A DNA stretch of 64,000 nucleotides, taken from Octopus vulgaris. Taxonomy: Eukaryota. The position numbers were made by a program, and so were the translations under genes. Positions within the stretch are counted from its first letter, which is position 1, and every line of letters starts with the position of its first letter. The stretch lies in assembly GCA_951406725.2 (NCBI GenBank), contig OX597822.1, forward strand, positions 89,094,001 to 89,158,000, written 5' to 3'. The notes below the pieces were generated by a model. The model worked only from the letters and a program-made list of their open reading frames with translations, did no database searches and was not told the DNA's origin. Shown here in pieces: positions 1 to 14,559 of this stretch.

Positions 1-608
1 CTCTTTCTCACTAAATGGTTGCACATGTTGATGATTGTTCCACCCCTTATCCTAACAGTACAAGTGAAACCGCTATTAGTCTCTTAGCCCTACTTAGTTC
101 CATTCATGAATACAATAATACCCCACTTGGTAGCAAAATTCACACCACCTATTACTATGATACTAAACTGAGGCAATCAATGTAAGGCTTCCCTCCTCCC
201 TTAACAGACATAATACTATGCCTTTTACCTGCTCCAGCCTCTGTTGGAGTATACTATTATCTATTTTTCCTGTGATAAATTATGTATAAAAATTCTTTTA
301 GTTTAAGTGATAATAAAAATACTTGTTTTAGAGAACAGTAACTCTGAATATAAACTCAATAGTAATTAGAAGGATGAAGTGTCTAGTCCAGCTCACATGA
401 TACCATCTTTGCTGCTGGTGCCATGGTAAAATGCATGCAGTGTACACTATAAGACATACACAACACCACAGTTAGTTTTTTTTCCTCTATTGCTGTGTGT
501 GCCAAAGGACATGAAGTGAGATGGCTCATCTAGCCTTTGTTAGCATTGAAAAATAGACATAAAAATAATGGTTTTGTTGTTTAATTATTCATTATTTTTT
601 AATTTTAG

Positions 609-780
609 AGTTGTCTGAAGTATTATGGACGATGGTGATGAGAAAAGCTTTAAACCAGTCAGGTTATGGTGGAGTTATTATGACGTTTATGATATTTCCA
701 TTATGGGCAGTTCTCACAGTAACAGTTTTATTGGTGATGGAAGGGTTATCAGCCTTCCTTCATGCTCTTCGATTACATTG
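609..780 (+). CDS. ATP6V0A1: V-type H+-ATPase 116 kDa subunit a, penultimate coding exon
   Basis: Acceptor ttttag at 603-608 and donor gtaagg at 781. Translates [57 protein letters not shown](W), containing the diagnostic [15 protein letters not shown] motif. Paralog number is uncertain. Confidence 0.95.
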
Positions 781-1143
781 GTAAGGCAAATATATATTAT
801 ATTTTTCCATAATTTCTATTTCAGTAAGTTTCTAATAAGATAAATATATAAATTTAATGAATTCATTAACTTTGCAATTGTTTTTCATTTGAAACTGCTT
901 AGTCTCCAAGCCACTAACCACACCCTTTATAAAACAATAGTTTATATAGAGAAAGTCCTTATTAAGAGGTTTGCTATAACCTCAGTCAAATGTGGCTAGA
1001 TTTCCTACGAATTCAGCATTATAAAGTGGTGACAATGTTACATGTAGTGTTTAAGATGAAAGCAGAATCAAAATAATATCTGATTTTTTATTATATTGTT
1101 GCTTGTATGCATGTTTACACACACACACACACACATATACATA

Positions 1144-1554
1144 TAGGGGTTGGACAAAATAATGAAAATACCTTAAAATTTCAAACAAATTTATTTTAAT
1201 ATGGGTAGGACCACCTTTGGCAGTAATTACAGCTTGAATTCTATGAGGTATGGATTTGTACAAAGTTTGAATTGTTTCCAAACGAATTTTTGTCCATTCT
1301 TCAGCTAAAACAGTCTCCAGTTCTTGTAGTGATGATGGGGGAGGATATTGACTCCTTACTTATTTTTCTAAAATGCACCATAAATGTTCAATAATATTGA
1401 AATCTGGGGACTGTGGTGGCCAGATAAGATGTTCAGCTTCACTGTTCCTCATGCCATTCAGTAACAACTTTAGCTGTGTGAATTGGTGCATTATCATCTT
1501 GAGATATTTCAAAATTATGATGCTAGGTGTTTCCATTATTTTGCCTAATCACTG
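1144..1554 (-). mobile_element. Internally deleted Tc1-family DNA transposon in the V-ATPase intron
   Basis: Imperfect TIRs (taggggttggacaaaataatgaaaatacc / ggtgtttccattattttgcctaatcactg). Minus strand reads IWPPQSPDFNIIEHLW and LYKSIPHRIQAVITAKGGPT, the Tc1 transposase C-terminus. Confidence 0.85.
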
Positions 1555-1679
1555 TGTGTGTGTATATATATACACACGCACACATTTATGTTCATCATAT
1601 TTTGTCTTATTGTTTTTGACTTTACACTTATGTGTGCGCATTTGTATCTATATTTGTTTATTTTTTATTTTATTTTCAG

Positions 1680-1773
1680 GGTTGAATTCCAGAACAAATT
1701 TTATCAAGGCTCTGGATATCTGTTTCAGCCATTCTCTTTTGAACACATTTTGGATTATGGAGGTGATGAATGA
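1680..1773 (+). CDS. ATP6V0A1: V-type H+-ATPase subunit a, last coding exon
   Basis: ttttcag acceptor; phase matches the previous exon (TG|G = W). Reads [31 protein letters not shown]. Confidence 0.95.
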
Positions 1774-4700
1774 GCTATTACTGTTGTAGTGCTGGGCCTT
1801 GTATCATCGTCACAGATCCAGTAGTTGATATGCTGCTACTAAAATTAGTAACATACCCTCATGAATTGTTGTTGTTGTTGCCATTGTTGTTATTCTTTCT
1901 CTTTTTTGGTTACAGTCATACTTTCACTGCTGCATTTAAACAGTCACAGTAAAAAAATACTGATCTGATGTTTTCCCCTTAGATATTTATTCGATTAACA
2001 TTATTAATTTGGGATTTTCATTAGTGATCAAATGTTTTAGAAAAGAATTTTTTTTCTTTTTTCTTAACTCTTCACACCAGTAAATTATGAGAAAATACTT
2101 TAATTTCCAGAATACTTTTCATTAATATAGTTGTTTATAATGATGCAAAGGTTAGTAGTTGGCAGAATGATGAACAAAATAATTGTGGTATTTAGTTGTT
2201 ACCTCCATGGAGGTGACTGCTTTTCCTCTTGAAACTTTTCATTTTTCTTGGACAGTAATCCTAAACATTTGACATTGATCTCTTAGTCTACTAAGAAATA
2301 TTTTTAATGTATTAGTCTGAATAAACTATGTGCAATACAAGTAAATTTTCTGAATGAATTTCAAGATATTTTCAGTTATGTTAGATATAGTCCTGTTTCC
2401 ACAATTTTATTTGTGCCACATGTGGAAAACAATTTTTCATTATTTCTCACACACATTAAGAAACTTAGTTTTCTTCATATAAAATCTTACTAATTTTGAT
2501 TGTAAAACTTAGGGGTACACATGACTACATTTTATCACTTCCAATTTTGTGCTAAAATTAAAATTTAGTTTCAACTTGTACAGATGGTTAAATCACAATC
2601 TGGTAAAATAATAATTTTTGACTTCTATGATATGATATATATATATATATGAGTTGTACTTGGTTAGCTAGTGACTCGATCCATTCTTGAAATGGAAATA
2701 ATTGCATCGTGTTGGTCATTTTTGCCATTTAAGCACATGCAAACAGTTTGTATTCATTTTTCTAGTGATAGTAGTATTGAGAAATAAAATGAGAATAACA
2801 GATGTATTTAAATGGTTAACACGACTTTTCCACAATGTAATTGTATTAACTAGGTCATATAAATTTATCTATGTAGAAATTGTGCTATTGTTGTCAATAG
2901 TTTTCAACTCAGTAAAGTATTTTCCATCTTAAACCCTTTTTTACTGTTTGGCAGTAAATTTAGTTTAAATTTTTCAAAAAACAAACCCATGTGCATGCAT
3001 GCACACACACACCTATATACATATACTTGTACTAATTCTAGATAAAAAATAAAATATTTGGACTTCAGTGTAAGTAGTTAGTTATTGAAAACTAAGTTTT
3101 GTATTTTTAGTGGCCTTTAGTGGGATAATACAGTAAGTTCTGCAACCTAATTTTGATCCTCAGTTGGAGTATTTTCACTTCACTTCACTTCATGGTTTCT
3201 TCTGAAAAGTATGTGAACATATTCTCATTTCACTTCTCTCAATCTGCAAGAAATTTTAATTCAGTCTCCATAATTCTTTCATAATGTTGTTAGTGTTTCT
3301 TTCTTTTTCTCTTTTTTTTTCATATTTTATTTAATTAAAATGTAAAAAAAAAAACTAAAAAAAATATTGATCTTGGCTGATCTGTGTATCATTTATATAT
3401 CTCTTCTCTCACTCTCCTTTTTGATATTTAGCTAATAACTTCTTCCATAATATTGTTATCCTCTGTATCTGCATAAAGCTGGCCAAATATGATGGAGGCA
3501 GGATAAACAGCAAACACCTTACCACTCTATCTAGATGGTATTGGTACCATTGTTGTCAGTAGAGGCAGGATCACAACGATTGTAATATGGAGATGGGGAG
3601 TTAAGTGTCCCCTACTCTCTTGAACTAGCTGTGTAGGCAGGGTCACAACGACTGAATCGAATGGAAGGCTGGGATTTGTTGAAAATACATAACCAATATG
3701 TTGCCTATTATTTTCATTTTTCTTGGAATATATAAGTAACCATTTTAGAATCAATTATATTAACTACCTGATTACAGTTCAACAGAATATAAAGCTCTAT
3801 AATAGTGTTTTTTAAGATGATAATTTTCTTAAATGAAAAATTCTCATTTTACTTAATTGAAATTTCAAACAAAATGCAATATCTAAATGAAATAATTTTA
3901 TTATTATTTTCCTTTGTTTGTTTCTGATAAACAATAATTTAGATTAAATTGATATTTTAGTAATACAACATTTCTGAATACAATTTCAAATACTTTAATA
4001 TTTCTTTGTCTTGAATTCTAATTATGTTGCGTTGGTTCCTATATTGATAAACTTGCCCCTATATAGGATGGACCTAATCTTTCTACTGTTTTCTTGTTTT
4101 CAATGGGATTACCAATACATCCTAAATTGGTTATGTATTGAGTCACGTCCATTTTTTACTGTGTTCTCCTCTCCCCCACCCACCCCAGCCTTCCCCCCCA
4201 TCTTAATAACCTACACATACCAGAAGTATTCTTTAATAGGGTTTTATTTATGTGTCTCCTGATTGTTGATATTTTCTTCCTCAAAATTTTAGCTTTGGTT
4301 TTTTTTTCCTTGTACTTTAATTTTCCTCATAAATTTCCTCTATTTTCCTAACTTATTCCCTTCATTTGACAGTGCCTATCATTTCAATACATCGACTCCT
4401 TTATACTATTAAAGGGCTATATTTTTTTTTCAACTGAATTTCTCTCTCATTTTAATTAAAAAAACAAATAGATATATACATATATTTTTCTCTTTATATA
4501 TATTTTCCCTTATTCGAAATAAAATAAGGATACAGTGGTTTTTCATTGTTCATTTCGTTTTTCCTTTATATATAAATACATCTGTAGAAATTTAGTGAAA
4601 TTTACCTGCCAAATAGAATAGAAAAGTGCCGAAAAGAAGTTGTTCTGGTTGTTCTATTCTTAATGATACCCACTGACTAAAATCAGTCTAATTTTACCAT

Positions 4701-7209
4701 TCATTGAGAAATTTGTAATTTTGCAATTTGTGGGAAATTTGCCTACCCTAACAGAAAAGCTATGATACCAAATATTTATTGATACATAGATAATTGCCAA
4801 GATCTAGTTAGGTTTTCTCTTTTACATATTGTCTCATTAATGAGTTGTGTGTCTGTTATATGTAAACTCTCCATTTCTTGCAAAAATACACAAAATAAAG
4901 TCTCTTGTAAGGGGATTTTGAAAAACTTAGTAATAAATTATAAGCATTCTTTACATCATTATTTTATACACTTAACTACTTAGTTCTTATTAAAAAATGA
5001 AATTATAAAGTATTACTTAAACTGAAAATCTAAATTTCACATTTTTTAAAAATTAATTTTTCTATTCTCATATCTAAAATTAGTTTATTTGTAATTTTAT
5101 TTTTCCCAAAATTTATACAAAGATCAATCAGAAATGAAGTGAATTCATTTAAATAGAAAATTTAAAATGTTTATTTTTATTATTTTTTGTAGCTTATGAA
5201 CCATAGCGTAGTGTGTGTGTGTAGAAGGATTGTATTAAGGTTTCAGATCTCTGTAGAAGCCATAGCCATTTAGACTATAAAACATTGAATATAGTATATA
5301 TGATCAAACAAGTGGAACACTCAGTTGTGAAAGCTAACATGAGACCTATACTTAAACATACACATAATTTGTAAACAAAAATAAGGCTAAATGTAGTAGA
5401 TAAAAATAGTAATATATATCTAATGCATTTATAAAATCGCAATTAAATGTTACTATTTTACCATGAGTTAAAGTTCCATGCTAATTAGATTGTTTTCCAG
5501 CTGGATATATTTATAAACATTTATAGAGTACAATCATATCAGTATTGTAGTAACCATGTTGGTGATTGAAGAGTTTTAGTATCAAAAGTATACATTGGAA
5601 ATGAGAAATTAGGAGGTGGAAATATATTCAAATATATAAACAAAATATTTAGAAGAGAAAATGTGAAGATGAAAATGAAAGAAAATAGACATAAGATGTC
5701 AGACTTAGGTGGCTTAGAAAATTTGCTATTTATTAAAAAATAAAGATTTTCCAGGAACAATGGTTGCTGAGGTAAAGCAATTCACATAGCTCTAAGCTTT
5801 ATGTACTTGTAACTATATATATTTAATTATAATAATTTTACCAATGGTAAAATAAAAATAAAAATGCACTGAATAGCTCTGAATATTTTACCAGTCTGTT
5901 CTGAACTCCTTATTTATAACTGTGTATGTGAGTAGTTATATAGTATACCTATATCAGAAATACATCTTTTCTGTTAGATAAAGATTTGTCCCTACTATTA
6001 AAAGAAAATAGTATTCTCTCATAGTTGTTTCAAATATCAGTGAATTGTTGTTTAACTTCATAAGAATAAAAATAGAATCATAAATGTTTATAATCTTTAG
6101 AAAATTCTGTGCTGACTTGAAATGGCAAGAATCTCAATTGTTGCATCATTGCAAAATTTTATATAAATTCCTTATTGTAGAAATTATAATTCAATATAAG
6201 TTTTCCTCTTCTAGTTTGTTTTACTTTTTACCCATGCTAGTGTAATTTGGATCATTCTGAAATTTTATATATTTACATAAACTGAAGTTGGGAACTGTTG
6301 TTGAGTTTTAGCTCTTCTTGATAGAGTGATATATCTTGCCCAAGGACATACTGTGATGCCATTGGTTACATGTGTAAGATGTTTTAATTGTACAAACATA
6401 ACAAGGGGAAAGGACAGGCATACAGAAAGATGGACATGGAAACATAAAGACAAACAAACATACAAATACACACACAGAAAGCAAGGAGAAACATGTGGAC
6501 ATCGGCCAGGCAGACAGATGGACATGCAAACATTACAAGGTTAGACATGCATAACAAAGACTGACTGACAGACATACAAAAAAAAAACTACTTTCATTAA
6601 TCTTTTAACCCCCTTCTCCCATTTGGATTCAAAAATTGTTTTTTTCTTTTTGTTATTGACAATATGTTTTTCCTCAGTAAACAATTTCTATTTTGAAATG
6701 TTACCAATATAAAGAACAATTAAAGCTAGATATTCTTTCAGCAGCGTTAGTCTTCATCTCTACCCTATATTTCTTTCTTTTATTTTCAACTTCTTGTTTT
6801 GGGGGGTTTTTGCTTTTTTTTTTGTTTTTGTTTTTTGTTGTTGTTTTTTTGGATGTCAGTTTGGAAAATTTTTAAGATTAAAGATTCTAGAATAGTAAAT
6901 GGAATTGAATGATTGTTTTTATTTGTTTTTCATTTCTGTTTTGATTTTTGTTTATATGTGCTTATACAGGTTGCTCATCTTCTCATGTGATTGTAAGGTT
7001 CGTTACCATTTTGCTGTTTTGAATCAGCTATCAAAATTATGAAAAAGATGAAGTGAAACCCAGAACAACTTTATATATAAAAGAATAAAATTAAATTAGT
7101 TTCGTACAAACTTACTACTCTTTTGGCTTATTAATACAAAAGCCACCTCTGATAAATATATATCTGTGTAGGTTATGTTTTCTTCAAACTTTATTCATTT
7201 TTAGTTTAA

Positions 7210-7420
7210 AGTGATGAGCTGACAGAATATTAAAGCATCAGACAAAATGCTCTGCAGCATTTCTTATGGTTCTTTACAGTTCTGCATTCAAATCCTGCTG
7301 AGGTCAGTTTTTACCTTACATCCTTTTGGGGTTGGTAAAATAGAATCCAATTCAAGTACTGGAGTTGATATAACCAACACCCCTTTCCCCTAAAATTGCA
7401 AGCCTTTGCTAAAACCATTA
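7210..7420 (+). mobile_element. Degenerate tRNA-derived SINE, same family as 21325 and 32284
   Basis: Resembles gagctggcagaa...gttcaaattccgccgaggtcgactttgcctttcatcctttcggggtcgataaa. Confidence 0.7.
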
Positions 7421-10124
7421 ATTCTTAGGTTAAGGAGAACTGGAAATGAAGTAGCTTCCTAAATTCTTCAATATTCAGAGTATTGAACCATTAAATTCAA
7501 TGTTGAATTTTTTTTTCATTGTTTTCATCATTTTATTTGTTGAAGGATCATACTTTACCAATGTTCTGTGTTCTTTATTATAAATTCATTTTCTATTTTT
7601 GCCAACCTCCTTTTAGCTATAAGGTAAATTTGTTCCTTATTTCTCAATTTATAAAGACATTTTCATGTTTTCCCATTTGTTTTTCTTTTGTTTTCAAGCC
7701 ATAATTAACTAATAAATAGGTTTAGATAATATATACATATATATTTACGGTATTTTTATCCAGTTATTTCATATTTCATTTACCTTTCATTGTTTATGAA
7801 GTACAATGTCTACAAAATCAACTTGATAACCTATTGACTGCATAGACATGAGATAATCTAGTAACCATATGGTCACAAGATAAAATGTTATTTATAGACC
7901 AATGTGTTTGTCCCTGGGCATGATAGATAACTGTTTGCTTTAATGTGCCTCAATAGCATATGGGTCCCATTGCTAATGGGTGGTGATTAGACAGATATTC
8001 AACAGTAACCTCTAACAATGTACAAATATCAAATATATAAATTTGCAGAAATCTTCCAACCTAGATTAGCCTGTAAAAATAGATATGAACAGAAATTAAA
8101 GAAAATTATATGTTTAGTTCAAACTGAAGGCCTTCAGGTTGGCTGTGAATTAGGTGTGAGCCCTGGAAGGGGCAGTGACACCAGAGGTTGTACCGACTGA
8201 ACACAAGCTACGGCTTAATCAAACTATTTTATTCTTTATTTTATGTTAAAAAAAACTTGGTGAGAATCTTGGTTTTTTTTACCTCTCAAAATTTTACTAG
8301 TTATCCTTTTAAAATTCAAATTCAAAATCTATCTAGGAAGATTATGACAAAAAAACTAGCCATATTACTGTTGACCAAGAAAATATGACAAAATAGCATA
8401 TCTTCTCTATACTATCAAGAGATGTAATCAATTTCATTTCTGTATTAAACTCAAGTAATCCTATTCTCAATTTATTTATTTTGATCCAATCAAAATGTTT
8501 TTAATGTCTAGAATATTTAATTATTTCTTAAGACAGTTTCAAATGTACAACAGAATTATTTTGGTGATTTAAGCATTGTGATTTTTAATCTTATGGTGAA
8601 TAAAATGTTGAATGTATGCAAAATGTGTTTCCATTTGATTATTTATATATTCCTTTTGTTAATTGTTAAAGATTGGTGTGTGTGTGTGTGTGTTAGGAGG
8701 ACAATTTACTGAGGGTAACTGGTTGGAGCAAAGCCTCTGCCAGACCAAGGGTGATGTGGCGGTGGAACAGTGATGTTGACAAGGCCATAAGAGAAGAGAC
8801 AGGTCTGGAAAAAATGGAAGGGAGGGGGTAGCAAAGACTCATATCAGAAAGCTAAAAGGGAAACCAGACATCAGGTTTATTTAGCTACAGTAGAAGTGAA
8901 GAAAAGGTGTTCCCAGGGAGGGGGTCGAAGGGGCAATTACCACAGGCTCCTGATAGATATTGGGCACCCCTGCTATGAAGAATATGCAGCACTCAATACA
9001 AGGAGGCCCCACTTCCCAGCAATCTTGCATGCAGAGGCTCCCTTTCAATAAACAAACATATCTTTAAAAATGTAATGGATCCTCTTTTTTTTTTTTTTGA
9101 CACCAATTCATTCAATTAAAAAACAGTTTGCTACCCACTCCTAAAGCAGCTACAATTCCCTTGGGAATTAATTGCAGCTGCTTTTGGGACAATGACAGGC
9201 AAAAGGAAAACAACAACACTCCTAAAAATGTATGTATGCATCTGTGTGTATGTATGTGAAAGAGAGTATGAATATATATAATGTAGAGATTGATAGACAG
9301 AAGTTATTGTCTCTACTTCAAATGGGTGTCTTGCTGTAGAGGCAGTACAACCTTGTACCTGGCCAAAGAGAGAAAGATCAGGAATGAGAGAAAGAGATGC
9401 TACAAAGGAGATACATGGTTACCCAACCTGAAGGGAATGCAGGATAAGAAGAGTGAGAGAGAGAGTGGGAGACATTAGGATAAAGAGGGTGGCAAAGTGC
9501 AGAGCATACTCACAAGGAACAGGGATCAGAATATAAATGGGATGGTCGAGTATAAGCAGAGAGAGATATAGATGGTGGCAAGTACCATCCCTTGAGGTTT
9601 GAAGGTCATAATATAAGTGACAGGATATTGCCAAAGGAGTGTGATTAGAGAGTGGGGAGGGGAAGGGTGTTGTGAAAACCTGAGTACATAGATGGGGAGC
9701 TACTGGCTTGCAATGATATAAAGAAACAGGCTGTAAGGACAGGATTGGGGAGAGGGAGGTAAGCATAGTCCATGAAGTGGAAATGTGAGGAAGAGATGTT
9801 TGGTTTTTTGTGGTAGGGTGTGAGACGTTTTCTTGTTATGTGTGGGTGGGACACAGCGCTTCTACATATATATGTATATATATAATGGATGCAATAGAAA
9901 AAGCTCAAATCAGGCAAACTACGGTTAACACATATATATGGGTTTAATTAAGATAAAAATAATTGTCCAAGCTGAAACATACATTGATATATTAGAAATA
10001 TAAAAATATATGAATACTAAAAATATACTTGGACATATAAATATATTAATATATAAACATAATAATAATGGAATATAGATAAAAATAATAATGGAATATA
10101 AATAAATACGTCTATTTTTTAATT

Positions 10125-10495
10125 AAAATTTGGTATAGAGAAAATAATAGCCATTAAAAAGAGTTTTCAGTTACATTCCAACAAATGCTTGTGAGGTTCA
10201 TTCATCCAAATAACAAATGAATCTTAAGATTCATTTTCAGAGGATGTCTCCTTCATCAGGGGGAAAAAAATGATGTTTACGCTAGATAGGCATTCAGTTC
10301 TTTGCCAAAGAACTGAACACATATGTAGTGTAAACATCATTTTTTTTTCTTTACTTTCATGAAGGAAACATTCTCTGAAAATGAATCTTAAGATTTGGAT
10401 GAATGAACCTCAGAAACAATTGTTGGAATACTTTTTCTTCTGACATGTAACCGAAAACTCTTTTTAATGCCTGTTATTTTCTCTATACCATATTT
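10125..10495. repeat. Imperfect ~370-bp fold-back (inverted repeat)
   Basis: Arms tggtatagagaaaataatagccattaaaaagagttttcagttaca / tgtaaccgaaaactctttttaatgcctgttattttctctatacca; centre cagttctttgccaaagaactg near 10305. Confidence 0.85.
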
Positions 10496-10520
10496 TATTT
10501 TTTTAAAACGTTTTTTTTAT

Positions 10521-13430
10521 CTATGGTAGGTCTAGTGAGATTGTAGAGATGCTTGAAAGAAGACGGGTTGATGTATGCTGCATACAAGAGGTAAGATGGA
10601 GAGGTGCTTCAGCTAGGGTCCTCACAGGCAAGGCACATAGGTATAAAATATTCTGGCAAGGTAACATGGATGGTGTAGGGGGTGTAGGCATTCTCCTTGC
10701 GGAGAAAGTCATAGAGGTTGTCAGGGTATGTGAGAGAGTGCTCAAGCTCAGGTTAGTCCTACAGAACGGCACAGCTACGATTATCTCCGCCTATGCCCCA
10801 CATGCGGGACTACCAAATGATCAGGAGGACCACTTTTATGATACCCTTCTACAGACGAGTGGCAAGGACCTCTTCAGGAAGCCAGACTGCCACCTTATAA
10901 CCTATCAGTCACGGGACTCCACTAGCCAAATAGACTTCATCCTCACCAGACAGCGGGATGTAAGGTTGCTCTTAAATGCAAAGACCCTCCCGGGTGAAGA
11001 ATGTACCCCTCAGCATAGGCTAGTCATTAGTGACTTTAGGCTTGTGGCCAGAAGGATACCAAGAAGCAGACCAATCTAGAAAAGAAGGATTTGGAAGCTA
11101 AAGAACCCTTCACATGGTCAGAGATTTAGGGACATCCTAATCAAGAAATTTGATGAGAGGGAGGAGGAGCTACAGACGTCGGACATAGAAGGTAGCTTGA
11201 AATTCCTACGGGACAGCTTTCTGAGTGCCACAGGACAAGTCTGCATGGTGCAAAGTCCCTTCCAGACCCAGAGTTATATGGTGGTGGAATAGAACAGTAG
11301 ACAAAGCCATTAGAGCAAAGAAACAGGCCTGGAAATCCTGGAGGGATGGGGGTAGCAGGGAACTGTACCAGGTACCCAGAAAGGAGGCTGGGTGGCAGGT
11401 ATACATAGCCAAGGGTGAAGCAGAAAAGAAGAAGTTTGCCAATGTCCAGCGACGTGAGGACCAAAGAACTGAGGTATTTCGGATTGCTAGACAGTGTGTG
11501 AGAGAAAATAGTGATGTCACAGGAGAGAAATGCGTCCACATGGATGATGGTGCACTTGCTTTCAATGTTTCAGAAAAGAAAGAGGCTTGGAGAAGCCATT
11601 ATGAAAGACTGCTGAATGTGAAGAATGAATGGGAGGAGGAGAACCTGCCAAATGTTGACCCAGTAGAGGGACCAGCTATCAGAATAGACAGCTCCCTAGT
11701 AGTTAAGGCAATTAAGGGTATGAAACCAGGAAAAGCCCCAGGCCCACCAGGAATCACTGCTGAGATGCTTAAAACATCTGGTTGTGTGAGCTATAACCTA
11801 GTCACCCGCATTGTAAACCAGGTAGTTCATAATGGAGTCATACCCAATGACTGGCATAGCAGCTCCATAGTCAATTGCTACAAGGGTAAAGGTGATGCTC
11901 TAGATAGAAATAACTACAGGGGTATTAAACTGTTTGATCAGATGATGAAGGTCACAGAGAGGGTCATAGCCCATTTCATTAGGGAGAGAATTTACTTAGA
12001 TGAGATGCAGTTTGGTTTTGTGCTGGTGAGAAGCACCACTGATGCCATATTCCTGGTACGACAACTGCAGGAGAAATACCTAGCTAAAGATAAACCCCTC
12101 TACACAGCTTTCATGGACTTGGAGAAAGCCTTTGACAGGTCCCCCAATCCCTTATCTGGTGGTCGATGCAGAAACTGGAGATTGATGAATGGTTAATAAG
12201 GGCTGTACAGGCCCTATACAGAGAAGCTGTCAGCAAGGTTAGGATTGACAATGAGTATAGTGAAGAATTCCAGGAAGATGTAGGTGTCCACCAAGGCTCA
12301 GCCCTCAGTCCCCTTTTATTCATCATAGTCCTCCAGGCAATAACAGAGGAATTCAAAACAGGTTGCCCCTGGGAGCTCCTCTATGCTGATGACCTGGCCC
12401 TCATAGCAGAATCACTACCGGAACTAAAAAAGAAATTTCGGGTGTGGAAGCAAGGTTAGAATCAAAGGGCCTAAGAGTAAATGTAGCAAAGACCAAAGTT
12501 CTAGTAAGCAGAAAGGCGAACTGATCACACACCCCCTCGGGCAGGTGGCCCTGCTCGATCTGTAGGAAAGGTGTAGGTAGAAACTCCATAAGATGTACCC
12601 AGTGTAAGCTATGGACGCATAAGAGGTGCAGCAACATCAAAGGGAAATTAACTGATAAGATAGCTTTCACGTGCGGCAGATGCACAGGGGCAATAGATAC
12701 CACAGATACTCAGAAAACAGATTCCATCACACTCCAGGGGGAGAAACTAGTTGATAGTTTCCACTACCTAGGTGACTAAGTTAGTAGTGGAGGTGGATGC
12801 TCAGAGAGTGTTACCACTAGAATATGAACAGCCGGGGCAAAGTTTAGAAAGCTCCTACCCCTACTGGTGACAGATTGTATGATGCATGTGTGCAAACCGC
12901 CATGCTTCACGGCTGTGACTGCAGACAACATACGTAGACTTGAAAGAAATGAAGCTAACATGATCCACTGGATGTGTAATGTCAGTGTGCACACACGACA
13001 GAGTGTAAGCGCCCTGAGAGAAATGTTGGACATATGAAGCATTAGATGTGGTGTGCAAGAGAGACACTTGTGATGGTATGGTCATGTACTGCGGATGGAT
13101 GAGGAGAGATGTGTGAAGAAGTGCCACTCCCAAACAGTTGAAGGTTTCAGGGGGAGAGGTAGACCCAGGAAGACATGGGATGAGGTAGTCAAGCATGACC
13201 TCCAAGCGTTGGGCCTCACAGAGGCAATGACGAAGGACGGAGATCTCTGGAGATATGCTGTGACTGCAAAGACCCAGGCTTCTTCCTGTACCAGTTTTGC
13301 ATAGCCCCAGCCCCTTCAAAGTACCTTGGATCGCAGAACGACCTGCTGTGCTTACCTTGGATCGTAGAGTGACCTGCTGTGCTTGAGGAGACCTATTGAG
13401 TCAAGAACATCAATATCAATATCAAAATAA
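10521..13430 (+). mobile_element. RTE-clade LINE, near full length, degenerate (APE endonuclease + RT)
   Basis: APE motifs VCCIQEVRW, ISAYAP, SQIDFIL, PQHRLV. RT motifs KAPGP, NYRGIKL, FMDLEKAFD, GVHQGSALSPLLF, LLYADDL. C-terminus RGRGRPRKTW. Contains stops and frameshifts. Confidence 0.95.
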
Positions 13431-14559
13431 ATATAACTTCGAAAATACAAACTTTTCTCAACAACGCTAAGAGTAAAAGATGTTCTATATGACACATTCT
13501 ACCAGTAGAAGTTTGAAAGTGTTTAGTTAAAAAAATTAATTTATCAACATGCCGATCAAAAGGAAAAGATCCCAAAACTTTTTCAAGGAGAGGTGCGATT
13601 CTGTATTAGCCCCAAATGCCCATCTGAGTATATTCAGCCCCCCCCCACCTGAAATACAAACTCCCAGCGCCTGCATTGGGAAACACTGTTCTAAACATTA
13701 CATTAGTTGATAGTGTACCTTGATATCCCAGCAACGGTTGATAGAAAAAAAGACTATTTTCAGAATCGGCGCTAAAATTTGCATAATATACACTTAGGAT
13801 AAACAAAACTTTTGCAAAATCTTGTAATATAGTGTTATTGACAGAAAGTCCACAGGAAAAGTAAAATCGGTACATTATCCCCCACAGTAGTCGGCATTGC
13901 TTCATTTTGAATCTCAGAGTTGTCAAAGAACTGTCATTATCTTCATTATCTAGATGGCAAAATAAACAGTGACTTATCTCCCTTCAACAGGGAAATCTTC
14001 CTTCTTCAACGTCAGAGGAAATTATTGGTGAGAATTTCTTTCTTTTATTAATTAATCTTTCGTTTGCAATTTCAGTTTATTATTTAAATCCTTTTCTTAG
14101 CGTGAGATCCCCCACCATCAAAAACTGGAGAAATGAAAGTAAAAAAAAGAAAAGAAAAAAACTCGGATAGTAGAAAATGCATAGGGAGCGGGTGAGACAA
14201 AATTAGTAAGCGGGGTAAAATGAGTAATTTCCGATTTCTTGTTGTTATCTCTCTACCTGTTTAGAATTGTTACATTGCAAATACTGCATCATCGTTTTGT
14301 ATTGTGGCATCATTTTTATGAGGAAAAATTGGTCAGCATAGATGTTGAAGTTGAGAGAGTCCGATACATAGTCAAGTGACACTTAGGGGTAGGGTAGAAT
14401 TAGTAACCAGAGCAAAATCATTAACTTTTGGTTTCTCGTTTTATTTTTTTTCTCTACCTGTTTAAAATCATTACATAGCAAGGTTAATGGTTCAGTATGG
14501 TTATATTAAAATAAATAAAAATTAAGTGGGAGATAAGTAATAAAAGAAGCAACTTATAT

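Noticed and set aside
625-843. 72-aa ORF in the supplied track
   Set aside because: Wrong frame; the true frame is the V-ATPase exon 609-780.
13560-14035. Possible promoter and first non-coding exon of the PIN gene (donor-like ttg|gtgaga near 14027)
   Set aside because: Only a weak donor and a few CpGs; cannot be supported without transcripts.
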